Sequence record: NC_101838.1
DNA length: 64,000 bases
Direction: 5' to 3' (one strand)
DNA from: a phage
Shown one piece after another: positions 29,489-40,071 of this stretch. Below the pieces are notes generated by a model. That model saw only the letters and a list, made by a program, of their open reading frames with translations, was not told the origin of the DNA and did no database searches. Numbering within the stretch: position 1 is the first letter of the stretch; the number at the start of each line of letters is the position of its first letter. Position numbers and translations under genes: made by a program.

Positions 29489-30858
29489 TGGAAAAAGGGC
29501 AGTATGATGTAGGCACAGATGCTGCCCTCGTTGCAATCATGAGCGGTGAGAATGTCTTCGTTTCAGGACCCGCAGGTTGTGGGAAGACGTACCTCATCAA
29601 CATGATCCAGTCAATGTATGGAGACTCTTGCATAACGGTTGCCCCGACAGGGGTTGCCGCTTTAAACGTTAATGGAGCAACAGCACACCGAACCTTCGAT
29701 CTTGCAGCAGGTGTGAGCATGGAGTCAGACTGGACTGCAATAAGGGCAAAAACAGCAAAGCCTTTGAAAAGCAAGGCATTTACCATCCTAATTATCGATG
29801 AAATCTCTATGATCCGTGCTGATAAGTTTATAGAGATGGATAGGAAACTCCGCTTCCTTCGAAAAAATGACAAACCTTTCGGAGGCATACAGGTCATATT
29901 GTTTGGCGATTTTTACCAGGCACCTCCTGTTGTCTCTTCTATGGAGAAGGAGGCCTACTTCAACTTCTACCACACAGACCTATGTTGCTATACCGAATCT
30001 TGGAAAGAGCTGGACCTTCACAACATAGCCCTAATAGACCAGTTCCGACAGGAGTCTATTCGATTTGCCACAATGCTCAACTGTGTTCGTGAGGGTCGTC
30101 GCATAAAAGAGGTTGTAGCAGAACTTAATGCTCGCTGTTACAAAGGCGGTGTACCAACAGACGCTCTCACAATTTGCGCCACCAACAAACAAGCAGAGGA
30201 AGTGAACAGAAGGTTCTATGATGCCATCAACGCCCCAGAGAAGGTATACACTGGTGAAATGAAGGGTAAGTTTCCCTCCACCCTGCCAGTTGAGCAGGAG
30301 ATGAAGTTGAAAATTGGCATGAAAGTTATGATAACCGCCAACGATGTTGACCCGACGCACAAAGTACCTTATTATGTTAACGGAACACGTGCCACAATTG
30401 TTAAATTTAAGAACAAGGCGGTGGTGGTAGAGCTTGAAGATGGAACACAGGTTGACATAGAGCAGAGGTTGTGGGAAAATAACGAGTATAAGCCATCTCA
30501 GAGATACAACATTGCAGAAAGGAAGATGGAGAAGTTTATAGAGAGGGTAGTGATTGGGTCATACAGGCAACTTCCTCTGAAATCTGGGTATGCCGTAACA
30601 TCTCATAAAAGTCAAGGACTTACGCTAGATTGTTACAACCTGGACCTTGGAAAGAACGGAGCTTTCTCTCCTGGGATGACGTATGTTGCTTTGAGTCGGG
30701 TTAAGACAATACAAGGAATAAACTTGTTGCGTCCACTAAGAGAAGTTGACATTATTGTTGACCCGCGAGTCGTAGAGTTTTACAATACAACATTCCCTGA
30801 CTTAGACAAAATTGTCAGGAAAGATTTTGAAACCAGAGCTGAAGAGGGGGACGTATGA
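29488..30858 (+). CDS. Dda/Pif1-like SF1B DNA helicase
   Basis: Walker A GPAGCGKT, Walker B IIDEISM, motif GGIQVILFGDFYQ.PPV. Confidence 0.7.
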   Translation: MEKGQYDVGTDAALVAIMSGENVFVSGPAGCGKTYLINMIQSMYGDSCITVAPTGVAALNVNGATAHRTFDLAAGVSMESDWTAIRAKTAKPLKSKAFTILIIDEISMIRADKFIEMDRKLRFLRKNDKPFGGIQVILFGDFYQAPPVVSSMEKEAYFNFYHTDLCCYTESWKELDLHNIALIDQFRQESIRFATMLNCVREGRRIKEVVAELNARCYKGGVPTDALTICATNKQAEEVNRRFYDAINAPEKVYTGEMKGKFPSTLPVEQEMKLKIGMKVMITANDVDPTHKVPYYVNGTRATIVKFKNKAVVVELEDGTQVDIEQRLWENNEYKPSQRYNIAERKMEKFIERVVIGSYRQLPLKSGYAVTSHKSQGLTLDCYNLDLGKNGAFSPGMTYVALSRVKTIQGINLLRPLREVDIIVDPRVVEFYNTTFPDLDKIVRKDFETRAEEGDV

Positions 30859-31196
30859 GTTTGTGGAGAAATATAGTTAACTACGTGTGTGGCAATCCAA
30901 CTCCTGAAGAGAAGGATGTTGTGATTCACGATTTTACTAAAAGATCTCGTGAAAAAGATCTACTGCTAACAAAGGTGACTGATAAAGATCCTGCAGTAGG
31001 GGACTGGGCAGGTTTTGCGTTCACATCGGACAAATACACCTTTAACAAAGGTGACTATCTTGTTGTGGATTTTAACGAGGACATCGAGGGTGCTGAACCT
31101 TACTATCAGACCCTTATTGTTGCAGGGTGTGTTGATCTCTCTGCAGGCATGCACAGTTTGATTCTTTTTGAGCTTGACTCTGAAGACCTTCAGTAG
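30855..31196 (+). CDS. hypothetical protein (113 aa)
   Basis: ORF track; ATGA overlap with helicase gene. Confidence 0.45.
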   Translation: MSLWRNIVNYVCGNPTPEEKDVVIHDFTKRSREKDLLLTKVTDKDPAVGDWAGFAFTSDKYTFNKGDYLVVDFNEDIEGAEPYYQTLIVAGCVDLSAGMHSLILFELDSEDLQ

Positions 31197-31258
31197 TAAG
31201 ATGTGAGTATAAAGGGGAGGCACTCCTCCCCACAAAAAACTAGGGAGAGCACCAAACG

Positions 31259-32584
31259 ATGAGCAAAACCAAATTAGAACTAACCTGGATAGGTAAAAAC
31301 GAGCGCAAAAAGTTAGAGCCGCACATTTTGTTAGAAGATTCTAGCAAGTCTTACCACAGCCAGAAAGTGACCGAAAACGATATTTTTGATAATAAACTGA
31401 TTTTTGGAGATAACTTATTAGCATTGAAGGCGCTAGAGCAAGAGTATGCAGGCAAAGTGAAGTGTGTTTACATAGACCCACCATTCAATACTGGAAGGGC
31501 TTTTGAGCACTACGATGATAGCCTAGAGCATTCCATTTGGCTGGGCTTAATGAGGGATAGGTTAGAAATAATTCGTAATCTTCTAAGTGATGATGGGGTA
31601 ATATTCGTTCACTTAGATGATTGCGAAATGGCGTATTTAAAAGTTTTGATGGACGAGATTTTTGGTCGTGCAAATCAGTTAAATACCATATCGATGACCA
31701 CAAATTCCCCTTCGGGATTTAAGGCAACAGGAGCCACAGTTTTCTCCACAGCAAACTTTTTGCTCGTATATGCAAAAGATCGCACCCAGAAACCGCTTAA
31801 CAAAATCTATATACCTAAAGGGTATGATACAGGATATAACAAATACCTATTAAACCCGGATGACCATTATAAAAATTGGACGTGGTGCGGTATTGCCGAT
31901 GCGTTTGCAAAGGCCAATGGCTATAAAGATGCAAAAGAAGCCAAGAAAAAACTGCCTGACACATTCGATGATGAATTAGCACAATTCGCAATTGATAATG
32001 CAGAACGTGTATTTCAATCTGTTGCAATTGGTGGTGGTGCTAAAATAAAGAGAAAAGAAACTATCGAGAAGTCAAAGAAAGATAGGGATAAGGTCTATGT
32101 ACATCCAAATGAGGATATTGAAGGATTTTATATCGCAAATGGTAGGCAAATGGTCTTTTACTCCAATAGGCTTTTGGAAATTGACGGGAAAATGCAACCT
32201 GCGGAACTAATAACTGATGTTTGGACAGACATTAGTTGGAATGGAATAGCAAATGAAGGCGGCGTTAGTTTCAAAAATGGGAAAAAACCAGAAGCGCTTT
32301 TGAAGCGGATTTTCGAAATGTGTACGCGAGAAGGTGATTTGGTATTGGATTCATTTGGTGGTTCGGGAACTACTGCTGCTGTAGCTCACAAGATGAAAAG
32401 ACGTTGGATCTCAATCGAGCTAGGTGATCATTGTCATACCCATATTATTCCGCGCTTGGAAAAAGTGATCGATGGTGAAGATCAAGGTGGTATTTCTAAG
32501 TCTGTAAACTGGCAAGGTGGTGGTGGTTTCCGTTATTACAAACTTACCCCGACCTTAATTGCGAAAGATAAGTCTGATCAATAA
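31259..32584 (+). CDS. DNA methyltransferase, N6-adenine/N4-cytosine class (Mod-like, orphan)
   Basis: Catalytic motif IDPPFN and SAM motif DSFGGSGTT; no adjacent restriction subunit. Confidence 0.7.
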   Translation: MSKTKLELTWIGKNERKKLEPHILLEDSSKSYHSQKVTENDIFDNKLIFGDNLLALKALEQEYAGKVKCVYIDPPFNTGRAFEHYDDSLEHSIWLGLMRDRLEIIRNLLSDDGVIFVHLDDCEMAYLKVLMDEIFGRANQLNTISMTTNSPSGFKATGATVFSTANFLLVYAKDRTQKPLNKIYIPKGYDTGYNKYLLNPDDHYKNWTWCGIADAFAKANGYKDAKEAKKKLPDTFDDELAQFAIDNAERVFQSVAIGGGAKIKRKETIEKSKKDRDKVYVHPNEDIEGFYIANGRQMVFYSNRLLEIDGKMQPAELITDVWTDISWNGIANEGGVSFKNGKKPEALLKRIFEMCTREGDLVLDSFGGSGTTAAVAHKMKRRWISIELGDHCHTHIIPRLEKVIDGEDQGGISKSVNWQGGGGFRYYKLTPTLIAKDKSDQ

Positions 32585-32597
32585 AGAGTACAATCAA

Positions 32598-32903
32598 ATG
32601 ATGAAACGTTATAAACCATACACTTTTGAAATCGATTTCGAACTTGACGATATGTTCACTGTGGAAGCTCAGGCAGTTGTCCAGTTGCCAGACCCAGAGT
32701 GCCGTGATTCTGATGTTGACTATTATGGATTTAGACAGATCACTGATGTACATGTTTACCACAACGGCGAAGAGATTGACTTCCACCAACTGCCAAACGC
32801 TGTGCGCCACTCAATTTACAAACGTGCAGCCCGTGAACTAGAGTCCTATCTGGATGCAGCTACAACAGCGGCTGCATTTGCTGAAGAAGTAGGAGGTTTC
32901 TGA
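32598..32903 (+). CDS. hypothetical protein (101 aa)
   Basis: First ATG in ORF 32559..32903. Confidence 0.4.
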   Translation: MMKRYKPYTFEIDFELDDMFTVEAQAVVQLPDPECRDSDVDYYGFRQITDVHVYHNGEEIDFHQLPNAVRHSIYKRAARELESYLDAATTAAAFAEEVGGF

Positions 32904-33298
32904 TGATTACAGGTGTGAAGGTTATCCAATACCACTTAACCAAATTGGAAGATGCTGAAAAAGAGCTTGCAGAAGTTCTGAACAGCGGGTATACTTTTCT
33001 ATCATGCGCCTGCTCAGACACCTACGTTGTGTGGACACTTATCCGGAAGGAAGAGCCTGCAGGGATCTTGGTGCCAAATCCTAAGATTATTAGTGAGGTG
33101 GATGACTACTCTCAGGACGGCCTGCCAGAAGGTTGGGAAGTATGGGAAGGTGGTGAAAACCCTGCACCAGGTAAGTGGGTAAAATACAAACTACGTAGCG
33201 GTGCACAGTACGCTGACTACTCTGATGACCTAGACTGGAGTCATTCTTCACCAGGATCATCTGCAAGTTCATATGATATCGTAGCTTTTCAGGAATAA
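32903..33298 (+). CDS. hypothetical protein (131 aa)
   Basis: ORF track; GGAGG SD. Confidence 0.45.
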   Translation: MITGVKVIQYHLTKLEDAEKELAEVLNSGYTFLSCACSDTYVVWTLIRKEEPAGILVPNPKIISEVDDYSQDGLPEGWEVWEGGENPAPGKWVKYKLRSGAQYADYSDDLDWSHSSPGSSASSYDIVAFQE

Positions 33299-33310
33299 GG
33301 AGAAGAAGGT

Positions 33311-33793
33311 ATGTCAGATTTTATGTGGAAAGTAGGTTACGCAACCCCTGAAATGTGTGAGGCTTGCTTTGTTAAAATAGGCCGCGAGGATATCGACAAA
33401 GTGATCCTTAAGTTTCGTGATGTGGCTGTGATCGGCAACCGAGTGCTTAAGCACTTAAAGAATCTGAAGCTCACCAAAAAGAAGTTCTTCGGACTTTTCG
33501 AAGAGAAGGTTGATGCTTGGACTCATTGCATTCAGGAAGCCAAATCCCACTACAGTGCCATCGTTACTCCAGAACGGGTAGCAAAGATGGAAGGATTCAT
33601 CAACAGCACAGAATTTGAGTGCCTAAAGGCTGCCCTTGATAGCTATCCAAAGTGCCTCAAACACCTTGACAAGTATGCAGAAAAGGATGGTGAAATGTAT
33701 CTCACCCTGGACGCATATTATGAGATGCAAGAAATTTTAAATTTAGATTTGACATTGGTATCCACCGAGTATACAATAGGTATCCGGGTTTAA
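33311..33793 (+). CDS. hypothetical protein (160 aa)
   Basis: ORF track; AGGAGAAG SD. Confidence 0.45.
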   Translation: MSDFMWKVGYATPEMCEACFVKIGREDIDKVILKFRDVAVIGNRVLKHLKNLKLTKKKFFGLFEEKVDAWTHCIQEAKSHYSAIVTPERVAKMEGFINSTEFECLKAALDSYPKCLKHLDKYAEKDGEMYLTLDAYYEMQEILNLDLTLVSTEYTIGIRV

Positions 33794-33798
33794 CACTA

Positions 33799-33827
33799 GG
33801 CCCTGCCCGAAAGGGTGGGGCTTTTTG
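33799..33827 (+). terminator. intrinsic terminator (copy 1 of a repeated hairpin)
   Basis: GCCCTGCCC-GAAA-GGGTGGGGC with GNRA loop then TTTTT; identical hairpin at 43934. Confidence 0.55.
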
Positions 33828-33844
33828 CATTAGGAGACAGCAAA

Positions 33845-34609
33845 TTGAAATTTATCTACAAAGAACACTACCACAAAGGTGTTGTGTGGAGTCTATTTGA
33901 CGGGTCTGGTGGTGCAGTCATTGACTGGGCAAAAGCTGGGTACCTGTGCCTGTGCTTTAATGCAGAAGGTGCTGATCACGGCAGTTATGCAGAGGTTATA
34001 ACCGATCATCCCAACATTCACTATGTGGATTATTGGATTGACCCATGGTTCCCTCAGGAAACTTTTTGCATGTACCCAGCTCCAGACTTTATTCTTGCAT
34101 TTCCTCCGTGCACGCATTTAGCGGTATCAGGTGCTGCACATTTTAAGAAAAAGCTGGCTAAGGACCCCATGATCCAAATTAATGCTGTAAAGGATGCTCG
34201 GGTTGCGGAAGAGCTGGGAGAGATTTACGATTGCCCGTGGCATGTAGAGAATCCTGTGGGTGTTATGTCCACACTGTGGCGTAAACCTGATTACCGTTTT
34301 CATCCTTCTGACTATGGTGGGTATTTACCGGAGGATGATGTAAACCCTTGGTTTCCTGAATTTATAGCTCCACGTGATGCCTATCCAAAAATAACTTGCG
34401 GCTGGATAGGTAATGGATTTATAATCCCGCCCACAAAACCTGTCCCGCAAATAGTTGACGCGGTTAGCGGGTATTCCATGCAACACGCCAAGCTGGGTGG
34501 GAAGAGTGCAAGAACGAAGATGATCCGAAGCCTCACACCACGTGGCTGGGCAAAAGCTGTATTCTTAGCAAACGAGCCTGTAGTAAGGAGCAGAATTAAT
34601 GGGAAGTAA
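33845..34609 (+). CDS. DNA (cytosine-5)-methyltransferase-like protein
   Basis: Motif I LFDGSGG, motif IV FPPCTHLAVSGA (PCQ-like with catalytic Cys), motif VI VENPVG; probable TTG start 7 nt after AGGAG (ORF-track start 33815 lies in the terminator stem). Confidence 0.5.
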   Translation: MKFIYKEHYHKGVVWSLFDGSGGAVIDWAKAGYLCLCFNAEGADHGSYAEVITDHPNIHYVDYWIDPWFPQETFCMYPAPDFILAFPPCTHLAVSGAAHFKKKLAKDPMIQINAVKDARVAEELGEIYDCPWHVENPVGVMSTLWRKPDYRFHPSDYGGYLPEDDVNPWFPEFIAPRDAYPKITCGWIGNGFIIPPTKPVPQIVDAVSGYSMQHAKLGGKSARTKMIRSLTPRGWAKAVFLANEPVVRSRINGK

Positions 34610-36677
34610 ATTTATGGCATCTGCATACAACCGTTTCGGTGAGCCAAACCCGAAAGCAACTAAGTATAAAAGCGGGGGAAGTGTGAAACGAGACTATCGT
34701 GATGAAAAAGAAGTTGAAACTGTAGAGACTGTTTTAGAAAATACTAAAATTGTCCCTGTCCCACAACAAAATATCGGTCTGATGGCTGCACAATATTTTG
34801 GTGTGCGATCAGCATTGTCCCAAGAAGACGGTGTGACAGTCACTGCAACATATTTCCCATATTACGACCGCTACGGAAATCTGTCCGGTTTCAAAAAGCG
34901 CGACTGGACGATTCCTAAAGAGCAAAGGGGCCATTTCTCCGTTGTTGGCATAGTAAAGGCTAACTCTCAGATGTTTGGTCAAAAGCTGTGTGCATCTTCC
35001 AACAACCGTAAGCAGATTAACGTTTGTGAGGGAGAAGGTGATGTTATTGCAGCATGGCAGGCTGCATATCAGATACAAGTAAAAGGGATTCTCACCAACG
35101 CTAAAGCCCCGGCAAAGGTGAAGCAGTGGGCTAAAGAGGTCCAGGACGGGATCGACGCAGTTATCAACGGTGGTGATCTGGCAGGAAAACCCTGCCTGCC
35201 TTTTGTTGGAATTAACTGTGGATGTGCAAACGCAGTAGATACTTTTGCAAACAATGAGAAGTTTATCCGCAGCTATGGAACAGTTGTGCTGGCAATGGAT
35301 AACGATGCAGCTAACGAGGTAGAGAAGCAAAAACACGTCATTAAAGGTGTTGAGGCCACGCACAATATCGCAGCATTTTTGATGGCTGATAACGTTTACC
35401 ACGTAGAATACCCTGGTGAAGTAAATGACCCTGACGGGGTAAAAGATATCCGTGACATGCTGAAGGCTAAAAAGCTGGAAGATATTGTCAACATGTTCCG
35501 GCACCCTGTTAAATATGTGCCTGATGCTGTGTCGGATTTAGAAGACTTCTCTATCGAGTCTTTGCGGAAAAAGACTTCCAACGGGGTAGATATCAGCGCA
35601 GAGTTCCCAAAACTGCAAAAAATGCTAAAAGGCTTGCACAAAGGGACACTCGTAATGCTTACAGGGCCATCAGGGGGCGGTAAAACAACTGTAGCTAAAA
35701 AACTGGAACATTGTATTGCAAGATACCTAATGGACCCGACATGCCCGAAGGCTGATGACTATGAAGAGGATGATCGTCTATGTATGATCCATCTTGAGGA
35801 GGACCCAGAGGAAGCAATTAACTCCTTGTATGCAAACCAGTTAGGGTTTGATGTTAAAGAGTTTGTTGAAGATCCTAGCCAGTTTTTAACTGATCAAGAA
35901 CACGCAGAGATTCACCAATCATGGGCAAAAGCTGGAAAAATCAAAGTGTTCAAACATTTCGGATCTATTCCGGTGGACGAGTTGATTACCAAGCTTAAGC
36001 AAATGGTTTGCCTGTACCATTGCCGTTATATTGTGCTGGATCACCTGTCCATGGTAATTTCAGGGCTTAATGTTAAGGATGAGCGAAAAGAACTGGACAT
36101 GGCTATGACTCAGCTGGCTGCGTTTTGTAAGCAGTTTAACGTGTTTATCTTGGTGATCGCTCACCTCAAACGTACAGAGATTGTGCCTCCTAAGGACAAG
36201 GATGGTAACCCGTTACCTTTCTGGTATCCTGTGCGAAAAGAGAATTTGCGAGGATCGGCGGGGCTTGAACAGTTGAGTTGGGTAGTCATAGGTGTCGAGG
36301 CCGAAGAAATGGTGGATCGTTCTCGTGGACGTGTCCGTCTGGTAGGTCTTAAAAACCGTCCAGCAAAAACTCTAGGTATTGCTGACACTTTGGTTATGGA
36401 CCCGCACACAGGTAAGTTCCATGATGCCAGTAATTGGTACTGGGACAAAGAAATGCAAATGTTTACAGACGGAGAAGGTGGGGAGGTTGTTTGGAGACCT
36501 CAGGCTATGTTTGAGGATCAGGAGCATGCAGTTGTAGAAACACCTATGGGCAAGGTTGTGGCTGATAAGGTTGTAACTCCTACTGTTAAGCCTGTTGACA
36601 CGCAGGAAGACCTCCAGTACGATGATCCATCCTCTGACCCGGTCCCTGGTTTTGAGGATGATGAAACGCCTTTTTAA
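34599..36677 (+). CDS. DNA primase-helicase (TOPRIM + DnaB/gp4-like helicase)
   Basis: TOPRIM VCEGEGD; Walker A GPSGGGKTT, Walker B YIVLDHL; AAGGAG SD. Confidence 0.75.
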   Translation: MGSKFMASAYNRFGEPNPKATKYKSGGSVKRDYRDEKEVETVETVLENTKIVPVPQQNIGLMAAQYFGVRSALSQEDGVTVTATYFPYYDRYGNLSGFKKRDWTIPKEQRGHFSVVGIVKANSQMFGQKLCASSNNRKQINVCEGEGDVIAAWQAAYQIQVKGILTNAKAPAKVKQWAKEVQDGIDAVINGGDLAGKPCLPFVGINCGCANAVDTFANNEKFIRSYGTVVLAMDNDAANEVEKQKHVIKGVEATHNIAAFLMADNVYHVEYPGEVNDPDGVKDIRDMLKAKKLEDIVNMFRHPVKYVPDAVSDLEDFSIESLRKKTSNGVDISAEFPKLQKMLKGLHKGTLVMLTGPSGGGKTTVAKKLEHCIARYLMDPTCPKADDYEEDDRLCMIHLEEDPEEAINSLYANQLGFDVKEFVEDPSQFLTDQEHAEIHQSWAKAGKIKVFKHFGSIPVDELITKLKQMVCLYHCRYIVLDHLSMVISGLNVKDERKELDMAMTQLAAFCKQFNVFILVIAHLKRTEIVPPKDKDGNPLPFWYPVRKENLRGSAGLEQLSWVVIGVEAEEMVDRSRGRVRLVGLKNRPAKTLGIADTLVMDPHTGKFHDASNWYWDKEMQMFTDGEGGEVVWRPQAMFEDQEHAVVETPMGKVVADKVVTPTVKPVDTQEDLQYDDPSSDPVPGFEDDETPF

Positions 36678-36735
36678 TGTTTAACAAAGAGTGGGAGGGG
36701 TAGTACAACCGCCTCCCCTTTAAGGAGAACTGTAT

Positions 36736-39513
36736 ATGAGTATGTGGTCTTTCGATTTTGAGTCATCCGGTTTGCTGGAAGACCCAGATCTTTATTATCA
36801 CTGCGGTCTGTTTAAAGAGCTGAATAAGAACCGTTTTATGCTGTTCCTTCCTCTAAATGACCGCACACACTACTCCGAGGAGGATATAGAAAAGGCTAAG
36901 AACTTCATTCTGGCAAAGAAAACTCTTTATAAAGATTTTGAAGTTCGCATAGCAGATTTTTCGGAGTTGGAAGGTTGGCTTACAGGCAATTCTGACTGGT
37001 CACCAACAGCTTTGAACTGCCATAACTGCTACAGTTATGACTTTATGCTAATGGAAAGATTATCCGGTATTCATTTTGATATGTTCCGTGATCCTAAATG
37101 CATGGGGACTATCAACGACCACCAGGTTAACCTGTTTGATACGTTGGCGATGAGCAGAATCTTGTGGCCTGATCGCCCTTTACCAAAAGGTTGTCCGGAC
37201 TCTGTATTCAACCCGGTTACTAAGAAAATGCAGCCTGTTGGTCCTCACGGCCTTATGGCATGGGGCTACGCCCTTGGTAACCAGAAAGTTCAAATTGATG
37301 ACTGGCGAGATCTTCCGTTGTGGAAGTATGTGGATCGTGTATTCGAGGACGTTATCATCCAGGAGCTGCTCTGGAAAGAGCTGGTAGCGGAATCAAAAGG
37401 TGTATTCTACGGCAAATCTGACATGCAGAACTTTATGTACGATCCAGCCAAAGAGAAGCCGAAAGGGTTCAAGAAAATCACCTGGAAGAACGCATTACGC
37501 CGAGGCATGCTGCAGCACTTCCTGATGGAGCTGCAGGCCCGTCAGGGTGTGTATTTCGACATAGATGGGGCTATTGCTTTACGTGACCGTTGCGATGCGT
37601 GGATGAAAGAGATCGCTGATCGTGTTGAACCTCAACTTCCTTTAAAAGAGTTGTCAATGTCTCAGCGGCCCAAGTTCCCTGAAAAGCCGTTTAACCAAGA
37701 TGGGACAATCTCCAATAATGGTTGGAAATGGTTAAAAGATAAGCTTGGCTATCCTGTAGACATGAGCGCTTTAGAATTCAAAGCCCCGCCTAAGCGAGCA
37801 TTTACCTCCACAGGAGATGTCAGCAAGATGGGGATAAAATGGTGCGAAGAGATGGGCTGCAAAGACCCCGACAAGATGGCTGATTTCTTGAGAGGTTATA
37901 TTAAGGGCACCTCCACACCACAACCTTTACCTAAAGAGCTGATGGATCAGGCAATAAGTGATCTGCAGCAGAAGCGAATGCCTGACTGCAAGATACCTAT
38001 GAAAATCAGCAATCAGGACGACATTAAGCGATACCTGATCAGTGCTGGTTGGCTTCCGACAATGTGGAGAACTAAGGATGTAACTAAGGACAGCAAGAAG
38101 AAAGCTCTACCTGATGCAGATGTTGATGCACGAGTATATGCATACATGGACGAGCTTTTAGAGTCAGAGTATTGTGACCTAATTATCAACTTCTGGAACA
38201 AAACTGATGCTAAGTTTCAGACAACAGTGCACAAGTTCCGAAGCTTTCCTAACTCCGAAAGGATTAAAAAGGAAGTGTTCGGGAAAATACGCAGAAAAGC
38301 CAGGGCACTTATTACTTCTCCGCAACTGAAAGATACGTTTGGACACCTATGTCCGAATCTTGAAAAATTGAACGGAGAGATGGCTAAAGATATCGTCTTG
38401 TGGTTATCATTGCGAAACCGCAGATCGGTCCTTGATCCAATCAAGGAGGATAAGGTTGATACTGGTCTTCTTAATCACCCACGTTTGAAGATTGACCATA
38501 AGCTTCCTGCTAAAAGCTCTGGATTAACAAACACTTCCCGACAGAAACACAGTATTTGTGCAAACATGCCTAAACCATCTCCTAAAGTGGTTATGGGTAA
38601 AGAGATGCGTAGCTTGTGGGGTGTTCCTCCTGGATATTTTGAGATCGGTATTGACGGGTCCAACTTAGAGCAGCTTATCGGGGCTTGGGGTGCCTTTGAG
38701 TTCGACAACGGCTTGTACTATGATGTTGTAAGTAACGGAGACGCACACCAAAACAATGCTGAGGCATATACAAAAGTAGCAGGCAGAGAGGTGTCTCGTA
38801 ACGACGGTAAACCTATCACGTATGGGGTTATGTACGGGGCACAAAAAGATAAAGTTGCAGATATGCTGGATATCTCCCCAGAGTTGGGGCAAAGGGTGAT
38901 CGATGCACTTTGGGATGCCAACCCCGGTCTTAAGGGGCGCAAAGAGGATCTGGAGAAATTCTGGGAAGCAACAGGTAAGAAGTTTATCTACTCTTTTGAT
39001 GGTCATGCTATCTGGACCCGATCTAAACACTCTTTACTTAATGCATACCAACAAAATGGTGGTGCATCGCTGTGTGACTTAGTTGGGATACTCATGCACC
39101 ACCAAATGGTGAAGCGTGGGTGGTACGATGAAGGTGTCCGTCGTATTATCTATTACCATGACGAATATCAGCTTCAAGTGCCTGACACACCGAAGTATAA
39201 GACTGTGTACACCTTCGACACAATTGAAGAACTGGAAGCATTTAAGGCAGAGCAGGAAGCCAAACTTCATGTGTTCGACGGTCATAAGTACAAAAAGGCA
39301 CGCAAGGATGAGGACGGAAACGAAGTGGTTGACAGAGACGGAAACACGGTGTACGATCCTATCCTGAACGATGACGGAAAGCTTGAACTTATCTGGAGCC
39401 CTGTGGGTGAAATGGTGGTGCATTGCTTCTGGCAAGCTTCTAAAATGATGGGAGTCCCGTTCCAGATCACAGGTGAATACTTGTGTGGTCGTAACTGGGG
39501 TGATTGTCACTAA
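36736..39513 (+). CDS. family A DNA polymerase with 3'-5' exonuclease
   Basis: Exo I FDFESSGL; Pol A motif A GIDGSNLEQL, motif B RNDGKPITYGVMYG, motif C YYHDE. Confidence 0.8.
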   Translation: MSMWSFDFESSGLLEDPDLYYHCGLFKELNKNRFMLFLPLNDRTHYSEEDIEKAKNFILAKKTLYKDFEVRIADFSELEGWLTGNSDWSPTALNCHNCYSYDFMLMERLSGIHFDMFRDPKCMGTINDHQVNLFDTLAMSRILWPDRPLPKGCPDSVFNPVTKKMQPVGPHGLMAWGYALGNQKVQIDDWRDLPLWKYVDRVFEDVIIQELLWKELVAESKGVFYGKSDMQNFMYDPAKEKPKGFKKITWKNALRRGMLQHFLMELQARQGVYFDIDGAIALRDRCDAWMKEIADRVEPQLPLKELSMSQRPKFPEKPFNQDGTISNNGWKWLKDKLGYPVDMSALEFKAPPKRAFTSTGDVSKMGIKWCEEMGCKDPDKMADFLRGYIKGTSTPQPLPKELMDQAISDLQQKRMPDCKIPMKISNQDDIKRYLISAGWLPTMWRTKDVTKDSKKKALPDADVDARVYAYMDELLESEYCDLIINFWNKTDAKFQTTVHKFRSFPNSERIKKEVFGKIRRKARALITSPQLKDTFGHLCPNLEKLNGEMAKDIVLWLSLRNRRSVLDPIKEDKVDTGLLNHPRLKIDHKLPAKSSGLTNTSRQKHSICANMPKPSPKVVMGKEMRSLWGVPPGYFEIGIDGSNLEQLIGAWGAFEFDNGLYYDVVSNGDAHQNNAEAYTKVAGREVSRNDGKPITYGVMYGAQKDKVADMLDISPELGQRVIDALWDANPGLKGRKEDLEKFWEATGKKFIYSFDGHAIWTRSKHSLLNAYQQNGGASLCDLVGILMHHQMVKRGWYDEGVRRIIYYHDEYQLQVPDTPKYKTVYTFDTIEELEAFKAEQEAKLHVFDGHKYKKARKDEDGNEVVDRDGNTVYDPILNDDGKLELIWSPVGEMVVHCFWQASKMMGVPFQITGEYLCGRNWGDCH

Positions 39514-39562
39514 TGTAAACTATCAGCACAGGGAGGTGCTGTTGAGCAAAGAGGAGACTTTT

Positions 39563-39847
39563 ATGGTAGTAGAGCCAACAAAAACATTTACATCCATGAC
39601 CATTCCTGTTATTATGCAGGTGGAGTGTGTTCAGGTATCTCAAGTGTGGCCTGGCACCAAAATCCCAACAGGGCCTGATTTCTTTCAGGTTGGGAAAGTG
39701 TACAATGTCTGGAAGGCACCAGATTGTTACCCTTTCATTAAAGATGACCGTGGGATGCTGTGGTATCTTGGAAATGACTTGACACTGCACCTTGGGAATG
39801 CTATTATTGCAGTATTCAGACTTAACAAGAAGGAGACCGATCAATGA
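39563..39847 (+). CDS. small paralog-family protein A
   Basis: ATG after AAGAGGAGAC; motif FFQVGKVYNVW...IKDDRGMLWYL shared with next two genes. Confidence 0.45.
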   Translation: MVVEPTKTFTSMTIPVIMQVECVQVSQVWPGTKIPTGPDFFQVGKVYNVWKAPDCYPFIKDDRGMLWYLGNDLTLHLGNAIIAVFRLNKKETDQ

Positions 39848-40071
39848 CGACTTTGGTTAAAGCTACCTTTGTAGAAGAAAAGATGACAGACCTGTCATTC
39901 TTTAAAGAAGGAAAGACCTACGAGGTTTATTACGATAAAGCTCGTGCAAACAAAATGATTAAAGACGAGGAAGGGGTTGCCTGGTATATCTCTCACCTGG
40001 CAAACGGTGAGTATCATATCTACGGAACCACTTTGCTTGCCAAGTTTGTAGTTGTTGAAGAGGACCTATGA
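39844..40071 (+). CDS. small paralog-family protein B
   Basis: Motif FFKEGKTYEVYY...IKDEEGVAWYI. Confidence 0.5.
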   Translation: MTTLVKATFVEEKMTDLSFFKEGKTYEVYYDKARANKMIKDEEGVAWYISHLANGEYHIYGTTLLAKFVVVEEDL

